Of a stretch of DNA of 64,000 nucleotides, positions 50,968-64,000 are shown one piece after another. The notes beneath the pieces are model-generated. The model was not told the origin of the DNA, ran no database searches, and saw only the letters and a program-made list of their open reading frames with translations. Source of the stretch: Octopus vulgaris. Its lineage: Eukaryota. Every line of letters begins with the position of its first letter. Position 1 is the first letter of the stretch. The stretch spans positions 105,462,001 through 105,526,000 of the forward strand of contig OX597820.1 in NCBI GenBank assembly GCA_951406725.2, in the 5' to 3' direction. The position numbers were made by a program, and so were the translations under genes.

Positions 50968-52994
50968 GTTGTATATGACTACAACAGAAAAAACAAAAAC
51001 AGTAAATTAAAATTACTAGTTGGACCCATGAATACCTCATGGAATTAATGGTAAACATATTGGGTTATTTCCGAAAACTTTATTTAAAACACCTGAAAGC
51101 ATCGCCTGTGTTGTATCTGTATCAAAAGATAGTCGCTCATCTGCTACTCATTGAAAAGTGAAAGAAATTGGAATTCAATGATTACTTAATGCACTTTATA
51201 TACTTTATGCACAATTTTATAGACTTAATACACAGCACTATAAAATAAATATCCACTCTTATTTTCCCATTTTCCCCATAAACAAAACAAAAATCATTGT
51301 ACATTTGATACAACCATTAGTTAAATTGCATTTATCTGCCACGTAAATAAGCGTGAATATTTCATAGAATTGCACTTATGTGCATGCCTTAAGTGATAGT
51401 TGATATAAAAAATTAATTAAAAAATATAAATAAAAAAAAACAAATACACTTTTCACTATCCAATCACCACCTCCACTACCATCATCATCTCTCTCTGCCT
51501 TTCTTTAACCTCACCATCAGAACATCACCCCTCTGCTAAAATTATATTTTTAACTCTCCTCTTCTATATCATCACTACCTTCAACTAACTTTTTTAGTCA
51601 CATGATAAATATTACATTCCCCCTACCCCCATGTCATGGGCACTTCTCTCTCCCTCTTTTTCTCCCTCCATATTTTTCTCTTTGCCTCTTTTTTTTCGCA
51701 CTCTTCACCTTATCCTCTTTTCCTCTCCCCTTTTACTTTCTCTCTCTTGTTTTCTCTTTCCCTTCAACTAATCATGTGAAAGCATTACAATCACGCTCCT
51801 TCTACCTCATGTCATGAATGCTTCTCTCTCCCTCTTTGTTACAGACGGGCTAAGTAACAGAATGACAAGCAGAATTATTTTAAGGTTTTATTTGATGGTG
51901 TCCGATTTGTCAGATTGGCTCAAATTTCATTATTATAACTACACCCATTCCTTTTTTATGTTAGCATGCTCTTATGAAAGAATCTTAACCATTTTGATTG
52001 TATATCTTTGAAATATGAAGAATGAAGAATTTCAACAATAGAAATTTCCATAATGAAGATTGTTAGGTTTAAGTATGTACTAGATAGGTTCGTATGAATT
52101 CACTTATGTTCACTTCCCCAATCCACTCCTCCACTCTTTTCTTGCCCAATTTCCACTTCACTTACCCCTATCAAACCAATTGCATAACCTTCTAGAAATA
52201 ATAGCCATGTAACCTCAAACAATATCCAACCATCTTCAAAAAGTAAAGATACACTGTATGATGTAATTTTAGATTTACAATGGAATAAAATGTGACAGTA
52301 ACAGCTAGAACATCTTTGAGCATAGATCTGAGTTAACTTGAGGCTACTATTTCTTGATAACTATTTCTCAGTGCTGTTTCCATCTAGTCTCCTCAACTTT
52401 CAGCAATTCAGAACCAGACCTGAATTTAATCCTTCTGAAATTAATCCACCTGAGACCATCCTGGTTCTATGATACAAAATTCATGTTTTAATGCTTTCAA
52501 TATCAACCTGTCCAAGACCAGCCTTGGTCCTATGGTACAAACTTCTTGTTTAAAAGTTATCTAAATTAAAATTTGCATTTAAAATTTCATGCTTATGTTC
52601 TAATCATCAGCTGAATAACAGAAAAAGTTATTTTGCTATATTCATTATTTCTGAAATTAATTGAAATATTTCAATAGAAATAAGGTATGTATTTCAATAG
52701 AAATAAGGTAACAAAAGGGTTAGGGTTAGAGATTTAAATCAAAGCCTTCAATTACAATTTCATGTTAATTTACATTCCAAACACCAGCTTAATAATGTCA
52801 AAGATATTTTACTAAATTATTCATTTTAAAAAATTAATTCAAATACAGGCACTATATTTTAACAGAAATATGGTAACAAAAGGGTTAAGGGAGTTCAAAC
52901 TGATTTATGTGGTCCAGTATCCAAAGCATATATAAGAGACTGCAATAGAATGTACTGATTGAAATATTTTTATCATTAATATTTACATAAAAGT

Positions 52995-53445
52995 AAGGTG
53001 GTGAGCTCACAGAATTGTTAGCAATGCCAGGCAAAATGCTTAGCAGCATTTCGTCCATCTTTAAACTCTGAGTTCAAATTCCACCGAGGTTAACTTTGCT
53101 TTCATCCTTCCAGGGTAAATGAAATAAGGATCATTTGAACACTGGGGTAGATCTCATTGACTTACCCCTCCCCTAAAATTGCTGGCTTTGTTCCTATAAT
53201 AGAAAGGATTATTATTATTATTATTATTATTAGTCAGTGAGCTGACAGAATCATTAGTATGCCAGGCAAAATACTTAGCGGCATTTCATCAGTCTTTATG
53301 TTGAATTCAAATTCTACTGAGGTCAACTTTGCCTTTCATCCTTCCAGGGTCAATAAAATAAGTACCAGTTGAACATTGGGGTTGATGTCATTAACTTACT
53401 CCTCCCCTAAAATTGCTGGCCTAGTACCAAAATTTGAAACCAATA
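52995..53445 (+). mobile_element. Two tandem family-B SINEs joined by (ATT)n
   Basis: Two heads ggtggtgagctc../gtgagctgacagaatc with B boxes. Confidence 0.8.
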
Positions 53446-53803
53446 TTTACGTAAATTAATTTCTTTACATCAACCAGGACAATCCAGCCCTCAAAAAAAC
53501 AAAAAGTATATTTCAGGGTAACTTATTATCATCATTATTTTAACTTCTACTTTTCCATGCATGCATGTCAGACAGAAGTGACTGAAGCAGACTTTCCACA
53601 ACCAGATGCCATTCCTGTCACCAATTCTTGCCAGTTTCCAAGTAAGATAATATTTCCCTGTGGTCAGACAGGTTTCCACAGAATATTGGAAATGAATAGC
53701 ATTCATTTATAACAATGATGCAAGACACAAAACATACATACACTCACATCCATATATTTTTTATACAATATACATAATATAAATACACACACACACACAC
53801 ACA

Positions 53804-53835
<32 letters not shown>

Positions 53836-56070
53836 ACTTTCCAGGTGGGCAAGTCATGTATTTACCTCTTCAACAAGACACTTGTTCTTCTCCCTCTATC
53901 ATAGGTTCTTTCTCCAGTCTATATCCCACTCAGTTGAGGAGTCTTATCTTGCAAGTACTTGGCAACCTCATTGGTGTCACTTAAAGAGCACCCAGTACAT
54001 TCTGTTAAGTGATTGGCATTAGGATGGGCATCCAGGTAAAGAAACCATGCTAAAGCCTGGCGGAGCCCTCTGTCTTGTCTGTTCTTGTGAAACTATCCAA
54101 CCCATGCCAGCATGGAAAAAGGTATGTTAAACGAAAATGATGATGATGATATGATAGGCTTCTTTCAGTTTCCGTCTACCAAATCCACTCCAGGGCTACA
54201 GTAGAAGGCACTTGCTCATGCTGACATGCATCAGGACTGCATCAGAAACCATATGGTTGAGAAGAAAACTTCTTAGCAATGTAGCCATGCCTGAACCTTA
54301 TCTTATTCATACTCACCATCTAGCCTGCTATCATGATACTGGCAATTAATACAGGGAAACATATAGTTTCTTCCACAGAAATTGCTCAATCTTGGGATAA
54401 AGCCAGTTGCTTCACTTGTTGGTGAAAACTTACACATTCTTCAAATTACCATCATCATCATAACAATTTAAACCACCACCCAAAACAACAGCAATAGCAA
54501 CATTATTCAAAATTGATTATATTCACCCGTAAGGAAGTAAGAAGCCTTTAAATATTACAGAAAAATAAAAAGATTTTGACGCCTGGGATTGTGTTTTGGT
54601 TTCCTTTATCGTCAATGTTGAAATGTTTTTCTTTTTTTTTTTTGCATTTAGTCATTTTTCAGCTTGCTTGTCTGTCTGTCTATCTGTCTGTCTCTCTGTC
54701 TGACTGTATCTGTTTGTCTCTTTGTCTGTCTCTGTCTATCTGACTGTTTCTGTTAATCAAGACAACAATAAATATAATTTAAGATTGCAAGAAACTAATT
54801 TATAAACTTGGAAAACAAAACAAAACAAAATAAATAAATATCAGGTTCTTGATTAAACATTAAAGCCTTATGAAAGCAGAATTATGTGTTTTGATTAAGG
54901 ACACCACATAATTTGTTGACTGCCATGATTCAAAAGCTAGTCGGCTACGATTACCTTCTTAAATTGAACCGAGAGAAGCCTAACAAAATCCAAGTGAAAT
55001 GTCCTGTTCAAGGATATTAAAAACAATGCTGCATTGAAATAAGAATTCAAAATTTATTGATGTTCAGTCCCACTGCATGGTACTTAAGCAAATGTCTTCT
55101 ACTATGGGCCCAGGCTAATCAAAGCTTTGAGAGTGGATTTGGTAGAAACTGTAAGAAACTTAACGCACGCGTGCGCGCGTGTGTGTGTGTGTGTGTGTGC
55201 ACTCATGTATGCTTAAAATGTGTGTGTGTGTGTTTGTTTATGTGTACCATCTTGATATCATGTGGTGATTGTAAATGAGCACCACTGTCATACAAGCGAG
55301 GTTGTTCGTTTCTGAGCTTCTATGAGGATATATTAGTTTCCTTGGAAACAAGTGAGGGCTAGCAACAGGAAAAGCATCCCGCTGTACAAAACTTGCCTCA
55401 AAAAATTCTGTCTGACTTATGCAAGCATGGAAAAGAGGGTATTAGACAATGATGATGATAATCAGTATTATCAATATAGATTTGTTGATTTTTCTTTACA
55501 TACTTTGAAAAAAGACTTGAATATAATGTTTTTATAAACTGCTATGGTTGCAGTTATTTAACCCATGGTTAAATTTAAGAAGGCATTCCAATCATAACTA
55601 TCCTATCATTGTTCAAAGCATTGTATATCTAGTACTACATTACCCAATGTGTTGTTCTTTTTTTTATGACAACAGGGTATAAACTGAAGCAGATTTGGCT
55701 ACTATTTCAAACAAATCAAGCAACAGCATAGAAACAACCTACAATAATAGTTCATGATTGTTGTTGCAAGTGTCTAACCCCAGTCAGCCTTCATAAGATT
55801 CCAGTGTTGGCTCATGGGTGTGGGGAAGTTACAGTTTTGGGGAGTGCCCTTCTTATTGGCAAAAAAGCAAAGAGAAAATGGAAGAGATTAAAAATAACTT
55901 AATAGATTCAGATGCAAAGCTGGTTGTACAGTTAAGAAGTTTGTTTCCCAACCAGTGGTTTCAGAGCACCTTGGGCAAGTATCTTCTACTATAGCCCTGG
56001 GCCAACCAAAGCCTTATAAGTGGATTTGGTAGATGGAAATTGAAAGAAGTCCATTGTATATGTGTATATA

Positions 56071-56283
56071 CAAGGTGTCGAAAAGTTCCTGGCTTTAAAG
56101 GTAATGTGAAAGGTTCAGTTGGAGGGGCCCAACCTTCTGAGTTCTTTTATAGGTCTTAGAAAAACTGAAGGACCATTGCAAGAAGCATGTGAATCTGAGA
56201 GGGGAATATGTTGAATAAAATCATAATTCACAGATCCTCCTGTATTTTCTTTTACTCAAAACCAGGAAGTTTTCAGTGCCCCC
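56071..56283. mobile_element. Mariner-like MITE
   Basis: Imperfect TIRs gaaaagttcctggcttt ... aaaaccaggaagttttc. Confidence 0.6.
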
Positions 56284-56873
56284 TTTTATGGATGCTAGCA
56301 TGGCTGAGTGGTTAAGCAGTTTACTTTTCAACTATATAGTTTGGGGTTCAGTCCCACTACAGAACTTGGGCAAGTGTTTTCTACTATAGCTCTTGGCCGA
56401 CTGAAGCCTTGTGAGTGAATTTGGTAGTTGAAAACTGAAGGAAACTCTGTGGGAGAGGGAGACCCAGAAAGACATAGGATGAAGTATTGAAGGCTGATCT
56501 CAAAATGCTGAACCTTACAAAAGAGATGACAGAAGACTGAGATATGTAGAGCATTGCAGTACTTGAGAAGACCCACCCACCACAACAGAATTGAGATCCT
56601 AAAACCAAGGTGCCATGTAAAAAGCATTGGTGTGGGTGCTGGTATGACATAAAAAGCACTGGTGGTGATGCCACATAGAAAGCACCCAGTATTCTCTGTG
56701 GAGTAGCTGACATTAGGAAGGGAATCCAACCATAGATACCAAGCCAAAGCAGACTATGGAATCTGGTGCAGGCCCTGGTCTTGCCAGTTCCTGTCAAGCC
56801 ATACAACCCATGCTAGCATAGAAAACAGACATTAAATGTTGATGATGATGGTAGTGATAATGATGATGACACA

Positions 56874-56916
<43 letters not shown>

Positions 56917-58346
56917 ATGTGTGTTCCATTGTCTAGATGCCATGTGATAATTGTAAACAAAGATCGCTGCCAAGAAAGTTATTCGGGTCCAGTCTTCAGT
57001 GAAACACTTATCTGGTCATGGGAAAATACTAGCCTGCTTGGAAACTGGTGAGGATCAGTGACAGGTAGGGCATCCAGCCATAGAAAACCTGCCTCAACAA
57101 ATTCCATTTGCCCATGCAGGTACAGAAATGTGAATGTTAAACAATGACATGTATGTATGTGCACATGCATATGTGTATCAGTGTATTAGTTTACATCCGT
57201 GCTAACTTATATGAAAATCAAGACATCAGAACAGTCTTGTTGTTGGCACTTCTGTCAATAAATTGTCAGTCCACTTTATACCTTCTGTGGTGTTTGTGGT
57301 GTTATGGGCTGTGATGATCTATGTGGTGTTGGTGGAGAGGATGGCAGATGAGGTAAAAGGGAAGTGAAGACTGCAGGGGCCGGCGGAAGAGTGACAGGGG
57401 CATGCGTGGGCAGGAGGCACATGTGGTCAGGAAGCATGTGTGGTCAGTTCAAGCAGAGATGGCAGTGAGAAAAGACGTGTCTATTTCGTGAGAGTGACCG
57501 CTCATTCCGCCGAGGTCAACAGGTAAGGCCTTTTGTATTTCTTTTGCCCATTTGCTTCTTTTTCTCTTGTCCTTTTCTTCCATCATACTACACCTTCAAA
57601 GTCAGGTGGACTAAGGGATCTCTTACTTGAAAACCAGGTAAGGATTAGAGACAGAAAGGACATCTGTCTGTAAAACAACACCTCAATAACATATTCTTCT
57701 AACCCATGCTAGCATGGAAAAATAGATAGACTTAAATATGAACAAAAACAAATTATAAGACAAAAAAGTCACCTTTTAAAAAGTAGTTGTCAAGATATTT
57801 GATAATACCATTATCATAATTAAGTTGGAAAAATTTTAAAGCTTGAAGTAGATTAAAATAAAAATAAATAAAGCAATTCTAAAAATATAACAAAAAAAAT
57901 TAAAATATTATCTCATTCAAAACATGTTTTGATATATGTGGAGGAGTAGGGGATGAAGTGAGAGAGTACAAAAGAGAAAAAGTAAGCAGTAGCTGAGATA
58001 ATAAATCACCAAAATGCCAACAAGGGAAATGGTAAACAGGAAATTAATCTGAGAGCAGACAGAATATTTCAATGTATTTGATAAGGTTGGTGAGGGGGTT
58101 GTTTAAAACAAGTTAATCGCACAACATGGTTTCAATCTCTAATTAGAAACATGTCATTCACATTAATAATGCTCTTAAGCAAGAAAGAAAAGGAAAAAAT
58201 AAAATGAGACAGATACATGAATATCATTATGTAGTACTAGATTTCACCTGCCATAAATTTTGTAGTTAAATGTAAACATATGTTGATCATGAGTGAAATC
58301 CAAATGGCTACTGATTGTTCATAATGACTCAGTGAACCGAGGCAAT

Positions 58347-59092
58347 GAAGAATAAAAGTTATTCACAAACCCAATGAAAGGTCTGCAGTGAGTTCCAACA
58401 GGTAAGACTAACAGGGCTGTATTTTAGTTTGTTCTGCAATCCTCGGTCCCCAAGGATATTGCCTCGTGGACTCACGTTTTTGTATGTAAGAATGCAGTGA
58501 GAAGTCCCCTCACTCTCCTTACTCAGGACCTTATCATGTGTTAGCACACAATGATAAACATTTCACCATAGACTTGAATGGTTCCTGAGAAACAGTCTCG
58601 GACGATAGACTTAAACAGGCTAATACAAATGCGCTCACGCCAGAGCCTCATACTCCCCCATCCTTCATCATACAACAGGAAAATACTGCACCACTGCATT
58701 CACCACCAGCTCAGCTACAGAAGAATAAAAGTTATTCACAAACCCAATGAAAGGTCTGCAGTGAGTTCCAACAGGTAAGACTAACAGGGCTGTATTTTAG
58801 TTTGTTCTGCAATCCTCGGTCCCCAAGGATATTGCCTCGTGGACTCACGTTTTTGTATGTAAGAATGCAGTGAGAAGTCCCCTCACTCTCCTTACTCAGG
58901 ACCTTATCATGTGTTAGCACACAATGATAAACATTTCACCATAGACTTGAATGGTTCCTGAGAAACAGTCTCGGACGATAGACTTAAACAGGCTAATACA
59001 AATGCGCTCACGCCAGAGCCTCATACTCCCCCATCCTTCATCATACAACAGGAAAATACTGCACCACTGCATTCACCACCAGCTCAGCTACA
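58347..59092. repeat. Direct tandem duplication, 2 x 373 bp
   Basis: 58347-58719 matches 58720-59092; identical ORFs offset by 373 in the track. Confidence 0.95.
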
Positions 59093-60429
59093 TGCATCTT
59101 CCCCACACCCATCAACATACGTTATGATGAGCCGCAGTAGCTGTCATGTCAACTGGCCTAAGAAACTTTGCAAAACTATTTTTATATGAAACTCATATTC
59201 TATTTGTTTTTTTCTTTTCCCATTTAATGCATTTATTCTGTTTTCCTTTTCATGTATATGCTCGTTTACCTTGCCTTGCATCCACTAATTTTGGCATGCC
59301 ATTTGTTGCCTTTTACATCTCAAAGACCTTTTCTTTCTGTGTATATTACATGTTAACTTGTTTCAATGGTCATACACATATGCACCACATTCTAGGATCT
59401 TTGCTTTCTCACTGCTCCTACATGCTAGCACCTCCAGCCTCTGCAAGCGACCCACTGCTCTTGCAGGCTTACAACACTAGCCTCTCTATGCAACCTACTG
59501 CTCTTGCTAACTTAAAGCACTTTGACTCTTGCATCCTGTGATTTCCAGTTTCCTGGACAGTTGTTATCACATTTGCATGCCAGGCGTTCTGTGCTTCAGC
59601 TTTGCACAAGCTGGCATATACTGCACACAGCCTCAGCTTTGCACTGGCTAGCACACCCTGCACACTACCTTAACCTTGCATCACATACATTCATACAGAC
59701 TCTGCAACTTTTCATTTGCATATTCTTGTTTGCATACATTGTTTACATTTTGCCGTTTTCCATGATAATCCTTTCCATACCCTTGGTATCTCTGCTCATC
59801 CTTATGAAATACAAGGCAATTACCTTCTTTGGTGCCTACAGTTTAACACTTTGCTGTTTCAACCTTTTCTCTTCTTTCGGTCTGAGGGAGAAATATGTCC
59901 GCAACCTTATTTGAATCCAGTGCCATCATGTTTTAATGAGAGTCATCTATAGTTATCTTCCCTGCCACATCATTAGTAACTAGGTGGTGCTCGTTACATA
60001 GCTATAAAAGATGCGCACAGACAGGTAACATCCTCTTTCTCTCACACACTGCCTACAGCTAGCTACAGTTTTCTCCATTCTGTTCCTGCTACAAGACAAC
60101 TTCTTGTTGATTGAATTTTCTTAAAACCTCTTCACCAGTCATGGAATGTGGCAAGATGAAAACATTTCCTTATTCAAATTCTATTTTGTTCTATTGAATG
60201 TTAATGTTCAAGCTATGTAAACACTCTCATCCCGAATCAGAATAAATCCTTCATGTACATGAAGTCTTCACAAATCTCACACTAATTGTTGTTGTTCCTC
60301 ACTGGATTGATTCTAACAGCTATCGAAGGACAACCAAACATTATATTAAATTAGTGGGCTAGAAACCCACTAAATATCTAACACTTTGGTCCCCTGCCTC
60401 ACTAGTCTCCCTCTTCACAATATTTTTCT

Positions 60430-61520
60430 TTTTCAACTCTGTCAACCCTTTATTCATCAGTCACTATCAGCTGGTCAACATCATCTTTGTCCATTTCAAG
60501 GCTCAACTGTTTTGTGAATTTTTCATGGATGTTGCTCACAACCATGTCAACATAAGAACTTTATGAAGGTGTTCACATATATTTTCAACATGTTTCCACA
60601 TTGTTTATGCTTCCATTTGTGACATCTTTCAAGGCTTTAACAATGTTCTACACTACATCCAAAAATCACAGAGTGAGGTGTCATGGTCGTTTGCATCAAT
60701 TAATTTGGCAAAATATTATTTGCTGATAATATAGTTAGAAAATGCATGTAGCCCTTTGATCTGTGGACTGGATTAATGGTGTCGTCTTTGGCGGCAGACA
60801 CACTACTTTTATATTACATTATGGTAGTAGATACAGTACTTCTATATATTTTATACATAATACTTTTATATTGGGATTCAAATTGCTGAGTTGTGAATGA
60901 CATGGAGCATCATCTAAAATGAATTGAATTCTGAATGTAGATTCATCCCTATTACAATAGCTCTTTAGTTAGTGAACAAAATTATCCAAGAACCAATTGT
61001 TAAAGACCCAATATCTGTTAAGTCATCCATGCTTTTTTTGTGTTGGCAATGTATGTTTCGTAACCACATAGATCTTCATAATGTACATGAAGACCATTCC
61101 GGTAAGCACTTCCAATAAGCCAGTTTCATCAACATTGAATATTTGTTCTGCATAATTTTTTTTTTATGAACAATAATATTAAGCAACAATTTTTTAAAAC
61201 ACAACTGCACCTTCTTCATTGACACTCACTGCTTGGCTAATTACCTTTACTTTGAGGAAATTATGATGCTTTTTGAAATGCTCAAGCCACACATGACCTG
61301 CTACAAAACTTTGTGGTACTGTTCTCATTGATGCATTTTTTAAAGTATTTTAAAGAAGCTTTTTATAGGGAAATGGCTGAATGGTTTTCCTATTTTATAT
61401 TTGGTCCTCCATTTATATGACTAAAATGTTTTCCATTTTTTCTCAGTTATCAGTTTTATTTTTGTTTGTTTTGGTGATAATTTTAATGGAGACAGATGTT
61501 TTCACTGCAACACTGATATG
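60430..61520 (-). mobile_element. Decayed Tigger/pogo transposase
   Basis: Minus-strand peptides FVAGHVWLEHFKKHHN, EQIFNVDETGL, FILDDAPCH, LPPKTTPLIQSTDQ (CENP-B HTH plus DDE_1 motifs). Confidence 0.85.
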
Positions 61521-63299
61521 ACACTTAACCTTGAAAATAACAGAGATCATTGACTGGAACAAATTAAAATCACATGTAAACACTTAAATAGACTTTCCTC
61601 CTTCATGCATATTTTGTTTGATTGTTTTTTTTTTTTTTCACAACCAGCAGGAGACTCACTTTTACTCTTGTTAGGAATGTTTTTTGTGTTAAACACACAC
61701 ACACACACACAAATAAATATTAATAATAACTGAGACACAAAATCAGAATAAATAAAAAGAAGCTGTGTAGTAAATAAGAGCAGATGCACATCATAACATT
61801 GAAATAAGACCATGTCATCAGTCAGAGTGGTATTATAAGACTGAACAACTCAAATGAGCATTGGTTAGGAGTTAACAGTATAGATGTAGATCATTATCAT
61901 CATCATCATCATTTTTTTTTCTGCTTTTCAAGCCAGTATGAGTTGGATGAGTCATGATCTGCTTCAGTTCTAAACTGAAATGATTGCCTTCAAGTAATGA
62001 CCATGCTATTTGTTCTATTTTGGCATGGCTTCTCTGGCTGGATGCCCTTCCTAACACCAACCATTTTACATAGTGAACTGAGTGCATTTTAATGTGGCAC
62101 CTACACAAAAGAGGTTGCCTTGTACCTTGCAAGACTAGAAAGTTTCTATACAGCAATGTATCTAAGAGGGTGGAGAGGAAGACACTGACAAACTGAACAA
62201 GGAAGAGATGGTGAAAGAAGTAAGAGTATAACTGGAGAAATAGAGTCATTAAGAATAACAAGAAAGACAAGTAATGGAAGAGACAGAGCAGAGAAATATA
62301 GTAATGATATAGGGTTATTAGAGAGAGGCAGTGATGCATAACTACATATTTAGTAGAAAGAAAGACAGAGAGCGAGAGAGCAAGTGATGTGATGGAAAGT
62401 TACAGAGATAGATGATGGTAAGAGAGAGTGATATATATCAATTATGAATGATCTGGGAGAACAGGAGCGATGGCTAGCAATATGGAAAGGTGATGATGAA
62501 GAAAGTGACGAATGTCAAACATGGATGAACTAAAGTTAGGGAGTGATGACTAGCAGTACTGAAAGGTGATGGAGAGATGTATCTTAAGGGAAGAGATCTG
62601 AAAGAATCTTGTTTTACAGGCATCATGATGTAAGAGAGAGACATAGAGACAGAATGATAAAGATGGAAGGGAAGTAAATTTGAAGAGATCTGAAACTATT
62701 CCGCATTATACTGATATGGAATGGTACAGAGAATTGATGGGGATGAATAACAGACAGATGAGAGAAAATCAAAATAGCTGGTAAGAGGAGTAAATACAGA
62801 CTTAAAAATGGAACACAAGGAGACTATGTAGATATATTATGCATCCAAATATTTATTACGATAAACATACAAACACATATACACACACACATATAGTCTA
62901 TATCCAAAAATCCATTCAATATGATGGCTCCCCAATAGAGATTATATTAGATTTTAAGCAGATACTATACTGTGACATTAGCCAGAAGGCCAAGGTGAAG
63001 ATTTAGGGGCTTGCTCTGCTTTTGCCCGAGGCTGGCCTAGTAATGCAATTTTTCAGGTTGCTTCATAACTAAGTAGTTTTGGATTTAGTCTTCCTCAGTA
63101 CAGCACATTAGGCAAGTGACAAGCAAAGCCTTGTGAGTAATTGAAAGAAGCCTGTAATATATGTAAGTATGCATAAATGTGTGTGTGTGTGCATCTATCT
63201 GTCCAAGTGGTGTCATTTACTTCCAATCTTCCATGAAGACATGTCTGACCATAGGGAAGTATTACTTTGCTTGTATATGTATGTCTATATATGTATGTC

Positions 63300-64000
63300 C
63301 GTCTTCGTCGTCGTCTATTAATGCCTGTTTTCCATGCTGGCATGGGTTGGATGATTTGACTGAGGTCTGGAGAGCCAGCAGCTACACCAGGCTGCCCTTC
63401 CTAACGCCAACCACTCCAAGAGTATAGTGGGTGCTTTTTACGTGCCACCAGTCAGGTGGACCTGGTATCGATCACGTTCAGATAGTGCTTTTTATGTGCC
63501 ACCGGTGCAGGGGCCAGTCAGTGGGTTCTGGCATCAGCCATGTTCGGTTGGTGCTTTTTACGTGCCACCAGCATAAGAGCCAATCAGATAGACTTGGCAT
63601 CGACCACATTCGGATGGCATGGAAGCCAGTCAGTAGGCACTGGCCACAGCTACTATATTGGTTTTACTTGACTCAACAGGTCATCTCAAGCATATCATAT
63701 CGCACGACGCATCAGGGGTACTCTTAACTGGGCCGGACATCTTGCACACCACAACTGATGCTTCTTAGGTCCAACTTTTCTCTCAAGGTACTTACACTCT
63801 GTCGGGTATGAACACTGACATTACACATCCATCGGAGCATACTGGCTTCATTTCTTGCGAGCTTACACATATTCTCAGCAGTCACGGCCCATGTTTCACT
63901 ACCATGTAGCATGGCTGTTCGTACACATGCATCATACAGTCTGCCTTTTACTCTGAGCAAGAGGCCTTTAGTCACCAGCAGAGGTAAGAGCTCTCTGAAC
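63300..64000 (-). mobile_element. RTE LINE 3' part, same family as 887-3360, runs off the window
   Basis: RVKGRLYDACVRTAMLHGSETWAVT matches 2340-2560; 3' tail at ~63300. Confidence 0.9.

Noticed and set aside
52716-52729. Telomeric TTAGGG repeat
   Set aside because: Only about two units, and it coincides with the aaagggtta end of a MITE.
1-64000. Most short ORFs in the supplied track
   Set aside because: They translate SINEs, microsatellites (HTHT, YIYI, VCVC, poly-H) or antisense frames. Only those overlapping GGCX exons or TE relics are meaningful.

Overview
Eukaryotic, AT-rich, repeat-dense DNA. The SINE, RTE-LINE and MITE repertoire looks like an octopus (coleoid cephalopod) genome; this is an inference from recalled repeat families. 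One intact gene spans most of the window on the minus strand: vitamin K-dependent gamma-glutamyl carboxylase (GGCX). I reconstructed it by hand as 15 coding exons (50967 to 4591; 2148 nt, 715 aa plus stop) with consistent GT-AG phases. Introns and flanks hold tRNA-derived SINEs, RTE and CR1/L2 LINE relics, a mariner nested inside two MITEs, a Tigger/pogo relic, and hAT- and piggyBac-type MITEs. The most interesting signal is a set of short, sequence-unrelated, non-coding elements with minimal type-I hammerhead-ribozyme (HHR) motifs. Most sit as inverted fold-back pairs with a one-sided tail and sometimes a long target-site duplication (TSD), the architecture of Penelope-like element (PLE) insertions. 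One carries a tRNA-like Pol III head, making it a candidate ribozyme-bearing, PLE-mobilised SINE. All folds and alignments were done by eye; no search or computation was run.
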